DNA of 64,000 nt from a virus: positions 47,584-111,583 of the IMG/VR virus record IMGVR_UViG_3300032246_001368; one strand, given 5' to 3'. Under the pieces are notes generated by a model. The model was given only the letters and a program-made list of their open reading frames with translations. It did no database searches and was not told where the DNA came from. The translations under genes and the position numbers were made by a program. The number at the start of each line of letters is the position of its first letter. Position 1 is the stretch's first letter. Of the stretch, positions 1-11,064 are shown piece by piece.

Positions 1-1
1 A

Positions 2-3000
2 GCAGGTAAAAGAGGAGCTTACATTTATAGCACAGGGGATTTGGGAATTGAAGTACAAAGCACAGCTCGTACAGCTATTAGTGCTTATGGAGATTATATA
101 GGCGTAGAAGCTACAAGTGAGACTATAGCTATTTCTGCCAATGCTCCTTCTTTTGGTATTATAGTTAGTTCTGCATCAAGAGCAATTTCGGCTTATGGTG
201 GATTAATTGGTTTAGAAGTAGGATCTCGTAATATAGCCCTTAGTGCTGCCGCTAACAATATTGGTGCTGTAGTATTTTCTCGTAATATAGGGTTAAGTGC
301 TCTTGCCGATTCTGTGGGTATTTCTACTGCCTCGCCAAATATTGCATTAAGTGCATTTGGAACCAGAATTGGTATAGCCGCGACATCACCAACCGTTGCA
401 TTAAGTGCTTTCGGTAATGGTTTAGGAATTACAACTTCTTCCCCTAATGTTGCATTAAGTGCTTTTGGTAATAATATTGCTATAGCATCTACATCACCAA
501 ATATTTCATTAAGTGCATTCGGTAATAATTTAGGAGGCACTATATCATCTCCTAATATTGCGTTGAGTGCATTTGGTAATAATATTGGTATATCTACAAC
601 ATCTCCCAATATCTCTCTAAGTGCCTTTGGTAATAATATAGGTATCTCTACCTCATCTCCCAATATTGCATTAAGTGCATTTGGTAATAATATAGCGTCA
701 GTATTAAATTCTCCCAATATAGCATTAAGTGCATTCGGTAATAATATCGCCGGTGTGTTCCTTAGTAATACAGTATGTCTATCAACTAATGGCGGAATTA
801 CAGATGCTTACCCGGTTAAAAATAATCCTTACTACGGACCAAATTATATATCAAAAAATGTTTTAAATAACAGAACTGGTATCTTTACAGAAAATCCGTT
901 ATCAGCATTCCATGTTACTGGTGGATCTCTTTTTGATGGTCATATGACTATTACCGGCAACCTTTCAGTTGCCGGTGATCTTACACGTTTTGATACATAT
1001 GTTTATATAACTAGTAGTGTTGAAATCAATGTACAAAATAATTCAAATACCACACCAGCATTGTATGTAATAAATAGAGGTAACAATAAAGTTATAGCTG
1101 CTTATGATGGTGATGTCAATAATCCAGGTCTTATAGTAGATGGCGATTCATCGCGTCCGGGATATGTTGGTATGGGTGTAACAAACCCTGAAGTACGATT
1201 AGATATTTATAATAATGCTACAGGCACACCACAATCAGCATCGGCTGCTACTGGTACAGTGGTGCATGTATCTCAAGCTGATGCGTCTCCAAGTAGAATA
1301 TTAGTAGATTCTTTCGGTGTAGCATCAGCAGCCAGACCTTCATTTACCGGAAGACATAGTAATGGTACAGCTGCAGCACCTACCGCTGTACAGGGTAATG
1401 ATGTTCTTTGTGAATTTACAGGACAAGGCTATGGAACATCTGCATATAGTACCACTTCAAGAGGTAGAATGAAAATCAATGCTGATGAAGCATGGACTAA
1501 TTCAGCACAAGGAACTTATCTATCTTTTGAAACTACTCAGCGTGGTGGTCTTATCACGTCAGAGGTAATGAAAATTTCTAGCAACGGTTTCGTTGGTATT
1601 AATACAACAGTACCTAATGAAAGATTAACTGTTGCAGGTAGTATCAGTGCTCAGAATAATCTTTCAGCGGTTTACATTCACGTAGCCCCTGGCATGAATG
1701 TAAATTATCCTTCATATCCCAATGTGAGAGCATCCTTTGTTTCCTTTATAGACGGATATGCTCAGGTAAATGCTCAGAATTTAAATTCTGGCAATGCAGC
1801 ATCTACAGATATCATTCTCACAAGTGATAACGGATCAGATACAGCCAATTATCTTGATCTTGGTATTAACAGCAGTACATATAACCAAGCCGCATTTAAT
1901 ATAACTGGAGTAGGTGACGGTTATTTATATGTACAGAATAATGATTTAACAATCGGTACCGCTGGTGCCGCAGACACAACCAATGATCTTATCTTCCATA
2001 CTGGAGGAACGACAACTTCACAAGAAAGAATCCGTATTACCAAAACTGGTGTTACTACAATTAACAATGTTACAAATGCTAATGTATCTATTAATAACGC
2101 TTCTTCAGGAACAGGTACCACCAGCATACATAACAATACTACCAACACTGCAGCATTAGCAATAGGAAATACAGCCGCTCCTGCCACTGTAGGTGCTAGC
2201 ACATTAGGTATAACCACAACCGGTCAAGTAGACTTAAATTCAAGTACAGCAAAAACTTCTAACATTAATACTGGTAGCGGTGCTGTTACAACAACTATTG
2301 GTAATGCAGGTACAGTAGCTATTAACGGAACAACAAACGTTACAGGTACCACAACAATTGCTGGTAATTCTACAATCGCCAACACAGCCGGTAACACTTT
2401 AACAATAGGTAATAGTACAGGAGCAGTAACAGCCAATGCTAGTACATATGGATTAACTGCTGCCAGCACCTTAGATTTAACAAGTGGTGGTACTTTAACC
2501 ATTAATGCCACAACTGGAAGAACATCGAACATTAACACCGGTAGTGGTGCGGTAACAACTACAATAGGTAATAATACAGCTTCTAATGTAACAGTAGTAA
2601 ACAGTCAAAGTGTAACTGCTCCTAATCAAACATATGTAGATGGTACATCTGTTATAACAGGGTCATTAGGTGATGCCAGATATGGTCAACAACTTAAATA
2701 TTTCCGTACTTCAGATTTAAGTCGCTTATCTACAACAACTCTTGCTAATGATGATGTATTAATCATTCCTGCGGCTTCTCTATTAGCTAATAAAACATAT
2801 TCAATAGAATGTGTTCTTAATTTCTCAAGTGCTGTCATAACTAATGGTGCTAGAATAGCCTTTAGTGATGCTAGTGGTAGTGTTACCAATGTTTCTATAA
2901 CAGATATATATGGTGCTAATGGTACAGCAAGTGTTGCTGGTTATACCTCTTTTGTTGCTGCAAATAATACCACTATTGTAGTCACAGGAACAACTCCTAT

Positions 3001-3139
3001 AACATTTACAAGAAAAGGAACTTTCAGAACAGGAGCTTCACCCGGCAATATAACTCTTCAATGGGCTCAAGGTACAAGTATAGCCACAAATACCACTCTT
3101 AAGGCTGGTAGTTATTTAGCCGCAACACTTTTAGGATAA
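2..3139 (+). CDS. Tail-fibre-like virion protein with N-terminal 18-aa tandem repeats (5'-partial)
   Basis: Frame is open from base 2; repeats SPNIALSAFGNNIGISTT; fibre-type motifs GFVGINTTVPNERLTVAGSISA and ERIRITKTG; Thr/Gly-rich. Confidence 0.75.
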   Translation, partial: AGKRGAYIYSTGDLGIEVQSTARTAISAYGDYIGVEATSETIAISANAPSFGIIVSSASRAISAYGGLIGLEVGSRNIALSAAANNIGAVVFSRNIGLSALADSVGISTASPNIALSAFGTRIGIAATSPTVALSAFGNGLGITTSSPNVALSAFGNNIAIASTSPNISLSAFGNNLGGTISSPNIALSAFGNNIGISTTSPNISLSAFGNNIGISTSSPNIALSAFGNNIASVLNSPNIALSAFGNNIAGVFLSNTVCLSTNGGITDAYPVKNNPYYGPNYISKNVLNNRTGIFTENPLSAFHVTGGSLFDGHMTITGNLSVAGDLTRFDTYVYITSSVEINVQNNSNTTPALYVINRGNNKVIAAYDGDVNNPGLIVDGDSSRPGYVGMGVTNPEVRLDIYNNATGTPQSASAATGTVVHVSQADASPSRILVDSFGVASAARPSFTGRHSNGTAAAPTAVQGNDVLCEFTGQGYGTSAYSTTSRGRMKINADEAWTNSAQGTYLSFETTQRGGLITSEVMKISSNGFVGINTTVPNERLTVAGSISAQNNLSAVYIHVAPGMNVNYPSYPNVRASFVSFIDGYAQVNAQNLNSGNAASTDIILTSDNGSDTANYLDLGINSSTYNQAAFNITGVGDGYLYVQNNDLTIGTAGAADTTNDLIFHTGGTTTSQERIRITKTGVTTINNVTNANVSINNASSGTGTTSIHNNTTNTAALAIGNTAAPATVGASTLGITTTGQVDLNSSTAKTSNINTGSGAVTTTIGNAGTVAINGTTNVTGTTTIAGNSTIANTAGNTLTIGNSTGAVTANASTYGLTAASTLDLTSGGTLTINATTGRTSNINTGSGAVTTTIGNNTASNVTVVNSQSVTAPNQTYVDGTSVITGSLGDARYGQQLKYFRTSDLSRLSTTTLANDDVLIIPAASLLANKTYSIECVLNFSSAVITNGARIAFSDASGSVTNVSITDIYGANGTASVAGYTSFVAANNTTIVVTGTTPITFTRKGTFRTGASPGNITLQWAQGTSIATNTTLKAGSYLAATLLG

Positions 3140-3179
3140 TATAGTCTTTAAAATTGAAACTTTACATTAAATATTATTA

Positions 3180-3833
3180 ATGGCATACTCAGCTACTGTA
3201 TCATTAACCTCTACAAATTTTATATCCTTAAGTGGGGTATCACCTTTTGAGTTGACCATAGACCCAAAAAATATTGATGTGCCTAATAAAATAAGACGCA
3301 TTGAATATGATTTTGATGACGGCACAATCATTACACAATCCTTGTTTGGCCCAGAAGTTGTAGGCTCCACGGAAACCAATGATCCTAGAAATTTTTCCAA
3401 AACAAATTTTTATAATCTTGTTGATGAATACAGAAAAACATTTACAGTAAAAACAAAGGTATATCAATTGGGTTTCGAATCTCCTACAATTTTTACAATA
3501 TCTCTCAACCTTACAGTACCTACACTAGAGGGATTAGATGGAGGATATTTTGAAAAATTACATTTAATATCCACACGTATGTTTGGACCTAATAATGATA
3601 TGGTCTATGTTTTCGAAAGTGAAAACCCTTATTATATTTTACCGGTTTTAGTTAATTGGAAATCCAGACCTATAGAACCTATTATACCAATTATAAATAC
3701 TCCATACAGACCTTACAAATTATTAGCACCTTTTGAGGATGAAAGAAGTACCTCTATAGGAACTAGTGGACAAATAGATACAGTAACGGATACACCCGCA
3801 CCTCCGGGAGTAACAGACACAGGAGTATATTAA
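3180..3833 (+). CDS. Putative virion structural protein (PKD/Ig-like)
   Basis: IEYDFDDGT PKD-like motif; TAAATA motif upstream; structural operon context. Confidence 0.55.
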   Translation: MAYSATVSLTSTNFISLSGVSPFELTIDPKNIDVPNKIRRIEYDFDDGTIITQSLFGPEVVGSTETNDPRNFSKTNFYNLVDEYRKTFTVKTKVYQLGFESPTIFTISLNLTVPTLEGLDGGYFEKLHLISTRMFGPNNDMVYVFESENPYYILPVLVNWKSRPIEPIIPIINTPYRPYKLLAPFEDERSTSIGTSGQIDTVTDTPAPPGVTDTGVY

Positions 3834-3834
3834 T

Positions 3835-4584
3835 ATGAGTAACTATAACACTGTATTATCACCAGGCGAACTCTGGTTAAGAAACGCGGCAGGGGTTTTA
3901 GACTCTGCTAATAATTCATTATCGACTGTCTTCATAAAATATAAAGATGCCAATGCTAATTTTTATTCAGAATTATCATCTAATAATATAACTAGATTTG
4001 ATGTTTTTTATGATTGTATTTTCGTTGAAACACGTTCTGGTTATATCTTTGAAAAAATATACATAGAAGATTCTACCATTAAACCTTTCAATTATAGAAA
4101 TAATTTCACACAAAGAGCTCGTGCAGCAGTAGATTATTGGTTTGATGAAAGAAAAAATAGAATTCATTTTACTCAAATACAAACATTAACTCAAACCCAA
4201 AGCGCTTTTGATTTTTATCTAGATATTAAAACATTTGATTGTTATGAGAGTTCTATAACAACTTCTAGTATTAACCAAGTACATCTAGCCTTTTTAAAAT
4301 CTTTCAATTGGTCTGTATCTTGTTATCAATTAGAAACTCCTAAAATAACATATAACCCTGATAACAAATATTATAATGTGTCTTTTGTCTTTAGAAACTC
4401 TTCTGAAGAAATGTCTTTAGCCAGTATTAATTTATTCGAAGAATCTAATTTAAAAATCAAAGAAATAAACACCTATATACCATTTGCAGAATTGGATAAT
4501 AACAATTCATTCAATATAGAAATAACCTCCGGTCCTTTGTATGATATATTAGTATCAACAAATTACAATATCATATTAAGCTAA
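3835..4584 (+). CDS. Hypothetical virion protein
   Basis: 249-aa ORF tightly coupled to neighbours. Confidence 0.6.
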   Translation: MSNYNTVLSPGELWLRNAAGVLDSANNSLSTVFIKYKDANANFYSELSSNNITRFDVFYDCIFVETRSGYIFEKIYIEDSTIKPFNYRNNFTQRARAAVDYWFDERKNRIHFTQIQTLTQTQSAFDFYLDIKTFDCYESSITTSSINQVHLAFLKSFNWSVSCYQLETPKITYNPDNKYYNVSFVFRNSSEEMSLASINLFEESNLKIKEINTYIPFAELDNNNSFNIEITSGPLYDILVSTNYNIILS

Positions 4585-4627
4585 AAATAGTAGAGGTATA
4601 TTTGTACTTTCTTTCTAAATATTATAA

Positions 4628-7600
4628 ATGTCCTCACCTATTTATTCCCAGCCACTTTCTTCGATTTACTGGCTACCGATAGAATTTAATATAGTAGGAG
4701 AGGAATTTTCTACAGTTAATACACCATTACTATTCAGTAATGGAATGTCGTTTAATCTCCATGACTGTTTAAAGGATTATAATGACGTTTCCTTTAATAG
4801 AAGAACTGGAATGTTCTTAACAAACATATATAACTATAATTCTATATTAAAAAATAACACATCACCGAATTACAAAGAAGACCTCACAGAAATAAAAAGT
4901 CCTTTAGCTACATTAGATTCCTTAATAATATCATTATCCACAGGTTCTAATGGGTTATTCAAATCTGATAGATACGAAGTAAGTTCTGAAGATAATTTAA
5001 CCTTCACATTTAATTCTGATGATAAAGTATTAATAGAAGCCCCTGATAAAACAGTATTGACTGGAACATCCACTGGTCAAGGAGGTCTTTCTTTCCAATT
5101 AAAAATATCGCCTCCAGACAGCAGTCAATTATTCGATTACTTGTTAGGCCCTGACACGATAGTACTATTTAAATCTGGTACATCATTTTCTCAGATAGTA
5201 GAAAGAAATGGAAATGCCTATCAACTTTCAACCATTAATTATGGAATAAATACGAATCTCCCAGAGACAGTAATTTTTAAACTTGCATCTTATACAGGTC
5301 AAGGTGAATTGTTACCTGACATAAAAAATAGTACACTCATAAGATATTTAACCAATCCACTATCAGACCAAAAATCACTAAAAGTAGATTCTGATATATT
5401 ATCAACCGGATATGCACAAAATTATCTTGGAGTATTCCCTTATGAATACCCACAGATAAACGACAAAACCGCTAGTTATGCATTACAAATGCATGGTCTT
5501 AAAAATTATCAAACACCTGAATACAATTATAGTTTCGGACAGGAATATGTAGCAGGTCAAAAGGGTATAAGGAGAATCTATGATAGAATATTCACCGGTA
5601 CCAATCAAGAAAAGGGTTTGAATAATGTATATCTAGGATTCCAGGCAAATACATCTCAAATAATATTTAAAAGAGATCTAGATACTCCTTTCTATTTTCC
5701 TCCTTCAACTAAAAGAACTGCTTTGAGTTCTGCTGGTATAATTGAAGATGGGGGAATTGCTAGTGGTTCACCTTATACCTCTGATAGAATTTATATAAAA
5801 CAAATAGATTATACAGAAAAAACGCCTGGAGTGCCTCAACCACCTTCAGTTACTCGTTATAGCAATGTCTGGCTTTGTTCTTGGTTATCAGGAGACAATA
5901 ACGGAAATGCCGCTTGGATGGATCGTTTTTACAATTCTGCTTATTATACAATAGATCAAGCTCTTTCAGCCAAGTCACTATTTTATCATCATAAAACAAT
6001 AGCAGACCAAGAATTTACATTTGATGTTCCTTCTACAATGGTTTTAGAACCTGGTGTACTCTATAGATATCACAGGGTAGGTCCTAATGTTAGTTCTTCA
6101 TTCGTAACTCATTTAGATGCAGACCCAGGCAATGCTTTGGGTTCTAAGGTATTACATATCAGTGCTTGGGACTCTTCGCCTTTACAAGATTTATCAAAAT
6201 ATAATAATGACGGATTAATATTCTTTAACAACTCACAAAATTTAAAAGATCAATACTGGATTTTAGACGGAACTAATCATGCCGTATTCCCAGCTAAAAA
6301 TTCTTTATTAGAATCAACAAGAATGACAGTATCTTTATGGATCAACGTCGATGATTGGGCTAATATAAATGGCGGACAAATCTTTGGTAACTATTATGAT
6401 AGTGGTTTTGGTTTAATAAATGATTCCGCCTTAACAGCACCGTTATTTTCTTTAGTAAATAATATATCATCAGCATCCTACGATATAAATTATAGACTCA
6501 ATGTAGTAAACTCAAATAACATTCCTTCATTACCGTTGAGTAATAATAACATTGTAGTACGTTTACCCGATTTTAGTACATGGGTATTTGATTCTTATAA
6601 TATAATAGGTAGAAAATTCAATACATACGGACGTATAGAACATACAACATCTCCTTCAGTATCAGCTTTTATATATAACATAGATCAAGTAGAAGTAGAC
6701 GGAAATGGCAATTTATTCATATTCGATATTGCTAATCACAAATTAGTAAAAACAGATTCTAACGGAAATTATATAACAAATTATTCTTTAGTGTCCAGTG
6801 CAAAACGTTTCGAATTAGATTTAGAGAATACGGTAATCCCTATTTACGGCAATGCGTCCGTAATAGACAATTCAAATAATATTTGGGAGTCTATAGGTAG
6901 CAATCTCTATAAGAATAGAGTTATATATGCAAATATAGGACCTATACAACAATTAAGTTGTGATGCAAGTAATAACATATGGATATTACACGACCAAGAT
7001 AGTGTTACAAAATTAAATGCAGATTCGGGAGTATTTGTTTTTAACTTAAGAATAGGTGAAAATTCAGACTTATCTATTAATTCTTGCAACAAACCCACTA
7101 CACAGACAAGATTTTTAAATTTCTTAAGAACACCGAATCTCAATCAAACATTATGTTCTTCTTCAAAATCTTCAACAGAAGATTTGGCAGTATTAATTGA
7201 CAATGATAATGACCAAGTATATATATTAGATGTAAGTGGTAATCTTTTGACAAAACTCAATTTAAATACATTAAGCAATGGTGATTCTTCAGACTTTGTA
7301 GCTAAGGGAGATTTTTCAGGATATCAGTATCTAAGAAAGTATAGTGCATTGACTAAAAACTTAAGTTGGAAATTTAAAATATCCAATCCTGATGGTTCTA
7401 ATAGCCAATACCTTTCTTTAAATTATGGTGTAAGTTCATTACCCAATGGATGGCATAATTTTGCTTTCGTATTTGATTCCACAAAAGGCATAGCCGAATA
7501 TTATATAGATTCGTTGAAAGTAGACCAAGTGGATTTCACAGCCAACAAATACCAACTCTATTATGACTATAGGTCTTCTTTACTCTTAGGCGCCGCTTCA

Positions 7601-7978
7601 ATGAAGAATAGTACTTTAAATGATATTATTGGTATAGATGATGCTTATAAATTCATAGGTAAGGTTGCGGATCTTCGTATGTATAATAAGTCTTTATCTC
7701 CGGGTGAGATCGAGCAAATATACTTTGCAGCTCCCTTCAATGAAGGTAGACAAGATTTAGCCTGGAATACTTCCGTAGGTAATTGCAACTTCATTGAAGA
7801 AATTCAACATTGGTTCCAAATGCAATTACCAGGTAGTAAAAGTAAATATTATAACATTAATATACACAATCTTAATGTGACAGATGAAATTAAAAAATTA
7901 ATAGAAAATGCTTTGAAAAATAATATTCAAAAGATATCTCCGGCTCAAGCCTCTCTATATAAAATAAATTGGATGTAA
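4628..7978 (+). CDS. Large virion protein with LamG/ConA-like domain interrupted by beta-propeller-like repeats
   Basis: MTVSLWIN ... GWHNFAFVFD ... FIGKVADLRMYNKSLSPGEIEQIY; intervening D-x-x-G/N-N-L/I-W/F repeats. Confidence 0.7.
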   Translation: MSSPIYSQPLSSIYWLPIEFNIVGEEFSTVNTPLLFSNGMSFNLHDCLKDYNDVSFNRRTGMFLTNIYNYNSILKNNTSPNYKEDLTEIKSPLATLDSLIISLSTGSNGLFKSDRYEVSSEDNLTFTFNSDDKVLIEAPDKTVLTGTSTGQGGLSFQLKISPPDSSQLFDYLLGPDTIVLFKSGTSFSQIVERNGNAYQLSTINYGINTNLPETVIFKLASYTGQGELLPDIKNSTLIRYLTNPLSDQKSLKVDSDILSTGYAQNYLGVFPYEYPQINDKTASYALQMHGLKNYQTPEYNYSFGQEYVAGQKGIRRIYDRIFTGTNQEKGLNNVYLGFQANTSQIIFKRDLDTPFYFPPSTKRTALSSAGIIEDGGIASGSPYTSDRIYIKQIDYTEKTPGVPQPPSVTRYSNVWLCSWLSGDNNGNAAWMDRFYNSAYYTIDQALSAKSLFYHHKTIADQEFTFDVPSTMVLEPGVLYRYHRVGPNVSSSFVTHLDADPGNALGSKVLHISAWDSSPLQDLSKYNNDGLIFFNNSQNLKDQYWILDGTNHAVFPAKNSLLESTRMTVSLWINVDDWANINGGQIFGNYYDSGFGLINDSALTAPLFSLVNNISSASYDINYRLNVVNSNNIPSLPLSNNNIVVRLPDFSTWVFDSYNIIGRKFNTYGRIEHTTSPSVSAFIYNIDQVEVDGNGNLFIFDIANHKLVKTDSNGNYITNYSLVSSAKRFELDLENTVIPIYGNASVIDNSNNIWESIGSNLYKNRVIYANIGPIQQLSCDASNNIWILHDQDSVTKLNADSGVFVFNLRIGENSDLSINSCNKPTTQTRFLNFLRTPNLNQTLCSSSKSSTEDLAVLIDNDNDQVYILDVSGNLLTKLNLNTLSNGDSSDFVAKGDFSGYQYLRKYSALTKNLSWKFKISNPDGSNSQYLSLNYGVSSLPNGWHNFAFVFDSTKGIAEYYIDSLKVDQVDFTANKYQLYYDYRSSLLLGAASMKNSTLNDIIGIDDAYKFIGKVADLRMYNKSLSPGEIEQIYFAAPFNEGRQDLAWNTSVGNCNFIEEIQHWFQMQLPGSKSKYYNINIHNLNVTDEIKKLIENALKNNIQKISPAQASLYKINWM

Positions 7979-7979
7979 T

Positions 7980-8765
7980 ATGGCCACAGTAACATTACCT
8001 ATCAAATCAGACGAGACTTGTTCTAATATATTTTTATTAGATGAACGTCTCTGTTTAGATGTTTCTCTGGATGTTATTAATTTTAATTTTAACCAATTAC
8101 AATCCAATTTAAATGTTATTAACAATTATGGACAACAATGGAATAATTTGTTCACAGTATTTGCTAATAATAGTTCTAGATGGTTTACTTCATCAACTAA
8201 TGTTTATTCTCTCAGCTCTAAATGGGTTAATACATATCAAACAATTAATTCTTTAAGTGCTACTTGGTGTAAAGAATTTTCTTTATATTATCCCACTATC
8301 TTAGAAATCAATTCATGGTATGCTTTAAATACCAATGCCAAGAACAGTATAGCAACTAACTGGTTGAATTTAAACTTCCCAGCATCATCCTTCCCAAAAA
8401 ATCAAATCATATCCTTTTATATAAATTTATATCAACAGAAGCCATTTACTTTTAGTTTCATGAGATCCCTCTATGAACCATGTACACCCAATGGTGGAGG
8501 AGCATCTGTTAGTTGTGGTCAGTGCCCAACACCTTCAAGAGGATGCAATCATCACGGAGGAAGGGCTGGTTATGGACCATGTACAAATGCTTATGATGGA
8601 TGTTCTAAACAAACAACTGGATATGGTACACAATCATTTTCTTGTAGAGCAAATGGATATAAAACATTAGTGATTGGTAAGACCCAAAATTATGTAGACA
8701 CTAGCACCGCTAGAGTTATAAGACTAAGGTTTCAAAATATCAATAATAACTGGAGCGCAATATAA
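7980..8765 (+). CDS. Virion protein, paralogue 1 of triplet, Cys-rich insert
   Basis: Shares W..F/I..YP and WL.xNFP motifs with the next two ORFs. Confidence 0.6.
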   Translation: MATVTLPIKSDETCSNIFLLDERLCLDVSLDVINFNFNQLQSNLNVINNYGQQWNNLFTVFANNSSRWFTSSTNVYSLSSKWVNTYQTINSLSATWCKEFSLYYPTILEINSWYALNTNAKNSIATNWLNLNFPASSFPKNQIISFYINLYQQKPFTFSFMRSLYEPCTPNGGGASVSCGQCPTPSRGCNHHGGRAGYGPCTNAYDGCSKQTTGYGTQSFSCRANGYKTLVIGKTQNYVDTSTARVIRLRFQNINNNWSAI

Positions 8766-9544
8766 TGCCTTATAATATTACCAATATACAATCAAATACT
8801 ACTATAGGAGACTCACTCTCTTCTATGAACAGTAATTATGCAGTTCTTGAGACCTGGGTCAACAATATTCAATTAAGTGCTACGAATCTTTGGATACCAC
8901 TTACAGAATTCTATAATGCATATTCAGCATTTTTTAAATCTGCAAATACCACGAGCCAGCAATATTCAGCTTCTTGGGTAAGCATGTCTACCACCGTAGA
9001 AACCAATAGTGCCAAGTGGATAAAACCTATAACTATTTTTTATCCCCAAATATTTCCGTATCCATTTACTAACAATAATACAAACACCGTATATAATTGG
9101 CTAACAAATAATTTCCCAGTATCAGGTACTACAGTTACCAAACCAAGTTACGTAGAAAATCAACAAATCATTATTTATGCACATACATATACACAGAATG
9201 TACAACCTGACACGGTATATAACCTCATGGATATGGCACAATGTTCAACCTACGATGGTAATATTTGTGCATATTGCACAACTAGTTATTATGGATATGT
9301 ATATTGCAGTAATGGAGATTTCTCATGCGGAGGATCTTCTTCATGCAGTCAATGTGCCACCGTCAATTGTTATTATACCGGATACCCGTATGTCAATTTA
9401 ACAAATAGAGGTAGATCAGCTCAAAGTTATATATCAGCTGCCGTGACGATGGGCTTCTCCGAAAGACAAGAAGTCAAACAAATCAAAGCAATATCCTATA
9501 AAGTAAAAAATTGTAATTGGGTATTTGATAAATTTATAAACTAA
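8765..9544 (+). CDS. Virion protein, paralogue 2 of triplet, Cys-rich insert
   Basis: IGDSLSSMNSNY N-terminus typical of fibre proteins; TAATG stop/start coupling. Confidence 0.6.
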   Translation: MPYNITNIQSNTTIGDSLSSMNSNYAVLETWVNNIQLSATNLWIPLTEFYNAYSAFFKSANTTSQQYSASWVSMSTTVETNSAKWIKPITIFYPQIFPYPFTNNNTNTVYNWLTNNFPVSGTTVTKPSYVENQQIIIYAHTYTQNVQPDTVYNLMDMAQCSTYDGNICAYCTTSYYGYVYCSNGDFSCGGSSSCSQCATVNCYYTGYPYVNLTNRGRSAQSYISAAVTMGFSERQEVKQIKAISYKVKNCNWVFDKFIN

Positions 9545-9545
9545 T

Positions 9546-10184
9546 ATGGCTACAAATAATTTAACATTTGAAATTTTTAATGAAGACTACGTAGGTGATT
9601 CTATAGGCAAACATAATTATAATGCTTTATCACTTGACACGTCAATTTGTAATTTGTCGTCTATGTTATTTAATGATGCGGATAACATATATGTTACGCT
9701 TGCAGATTTAGCATATAATATTAACAAATTTAATCAAACCGCTAGTTTGTTTGTTGATCCTTCACGATATGATACATGTTCTTCTGCTACATCATTATTA
9801 AGTTCTTACTGGAGCCAACATGAATTTTCTGTTCATTATCCTATTAACATATCCACTATTAATAATTTAGCAATCGACGCTCCGGTGTATAATTCCCCAG
9901 AAGCAAGATTAACCTCTTTAGCACTTGCCTATCTTAATGCTAATTTCAAGGCGAATGTCTTTACACAAGGGACCAAAGCTAATGTCATATTCTTTTTGTA
10001 TAATGTAGGTATTAATCCATCAGATCCAAATAATTTAATGCATGTATCATTCTCCCCAGAAATATCATTTGTTAACAGGTATATGTCAGCGTCTTATAAA
10101 AGGGATGACGCCCATTTTACAAATGGTAAAATAATAAAATTCGTGCAAACCAATGGTACCTGGGTTAAAATAAGTTCATTATAA
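9546..10184 (+). CDS. Virion protein, paralogue 3 of triplet
   Basis: VGDSIGKHNYN ... YW...SVHYP ... YLNANF. Confidence 0.6.
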   Translation: MATNNLTFEIFNEDYVGDSIGKHNYNALSLDTSICNLSSMLFNDADNIYVTLADLAYNINKFNQTASLFVDPSRYDTCSSATSLLSSYWSQHEFSVHYPINISTINNLAIDAPVYNSPEARLTSLALAYLNANFKANVFTQGTKANVIFFLYNVGINPSDPNNLMHVSFSPEISFVNRYMSASYKRDDAHFTNGKIIKFVQTNGTWVKISSL

Positions 10185-10630
10185 TGTTAGTACTTTTTAA
10201 CAAAGATAAGCAATTTATAGGATTTAGTCCGGATCTTCCACAAGAAGCTCTGGAAAATTTTTATACCAAAGAAGTACCAGAGTCACAAGCCGATTTTACT
10301 AAATGGAGGTGGGATGGGGATTATGAATCTGGGAGAATGGTATCGATAGTAGAGGATGGATATCCGATAGAAGAATTAGAGTTAGAAAGACAATTATTTG
10401 AAAAGATAGATCAAAAATATCCATTGGGAGTACAGTTGGTTAATATTATCAGACAATTGAAATTACTATCTAATGAAGGAGAAGCCGATTATAGATTTAC
10501 GGATATGGCAGACACAATATTAGATGCAGTGGAAAAACATGATAGTAGAATTAAATATTATCAGTCGCGTAACAAACTTTTAAATAAAGAAGATGCACAA
10601 CAACAATTTACAAACACTTTCGGAAAATAA
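10184..10630 (+). CDS. Hypothetical protein (possible tail-fibre assembly chaperone)
   Basis: Acidic 148-aa ORF directly after fibre genes; KYPLGVQL motif reminiscent of tail assembly chaperones. Confidence 0.45.
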   Translation: MLVLFNKDKQFIGFSPDLPQEALENFYTKEVPESQADFTKWRWDGDYESGRMVSIVEDGYPIEELELERQLFEKIDQKYPLGVQLVNIIRQLKLLSNEGEADYRFTDMADTILDAVEKHDSRIKYYQSRNKLLNKEDAQQQFTNTFGK

Positions 10631-11060
10631 AAACCCAAGCCTTAAATGTAGATATGCTAAAGGACTAGGAGATTTAGTGGCATGTATTTTACACGGGCCC
10701 CTTTCTTGGTTAACATTTGCTATCACCAAGAAAAGAATACCTTGTTCTAAATGCTCTTTAAGAGCAGAAGCCCTTAATACGTTAGTACCCATTCCTTTTT
10801 GGAAATTATTTTACGATAGTATAGATGAGTTGTTAAAGGATTTATCACAGGAAATGGTTAGTGCTGGTTATAAAGTATCTTTAACAGAAGATGGAAAGGG
10901 TATTAGTTCATCTAAATTCTCAGAGACTCTACCTCCTTTACAATCCTCACACATGCCTAATATACCTTCAAGTGATATAGAAGATTATAATCTCATCAGT
11001 AGCGGAGATAACATAATGGGAGATTTTATTGTTAGAGTTCAAATTTTTAAACGTAAATAG
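10593..11060 (+). CDS. Hypothetical protein (GLGD ... C-x2-C motif)
   Basis: KGLGDLVA ... PCSKCSLRAEALN, a recurrent phage motif. Confidence 0.55.
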   Translation: MHNNNLQTLSENKNPSLKCRYAKGLGDLVACILHGPLSWLTFAITKKRIPCSKCSLRAEALNTLVPIPFWKLFYDSIDELLKDLSQEMVSAGYKVSLTEDGKGISSSKFSETLPPLQSSHMPNIPSSDIEDYNLISSGDNIMGDFIVRVQIFKRK

Positions 11061-11064
11061 TTCC

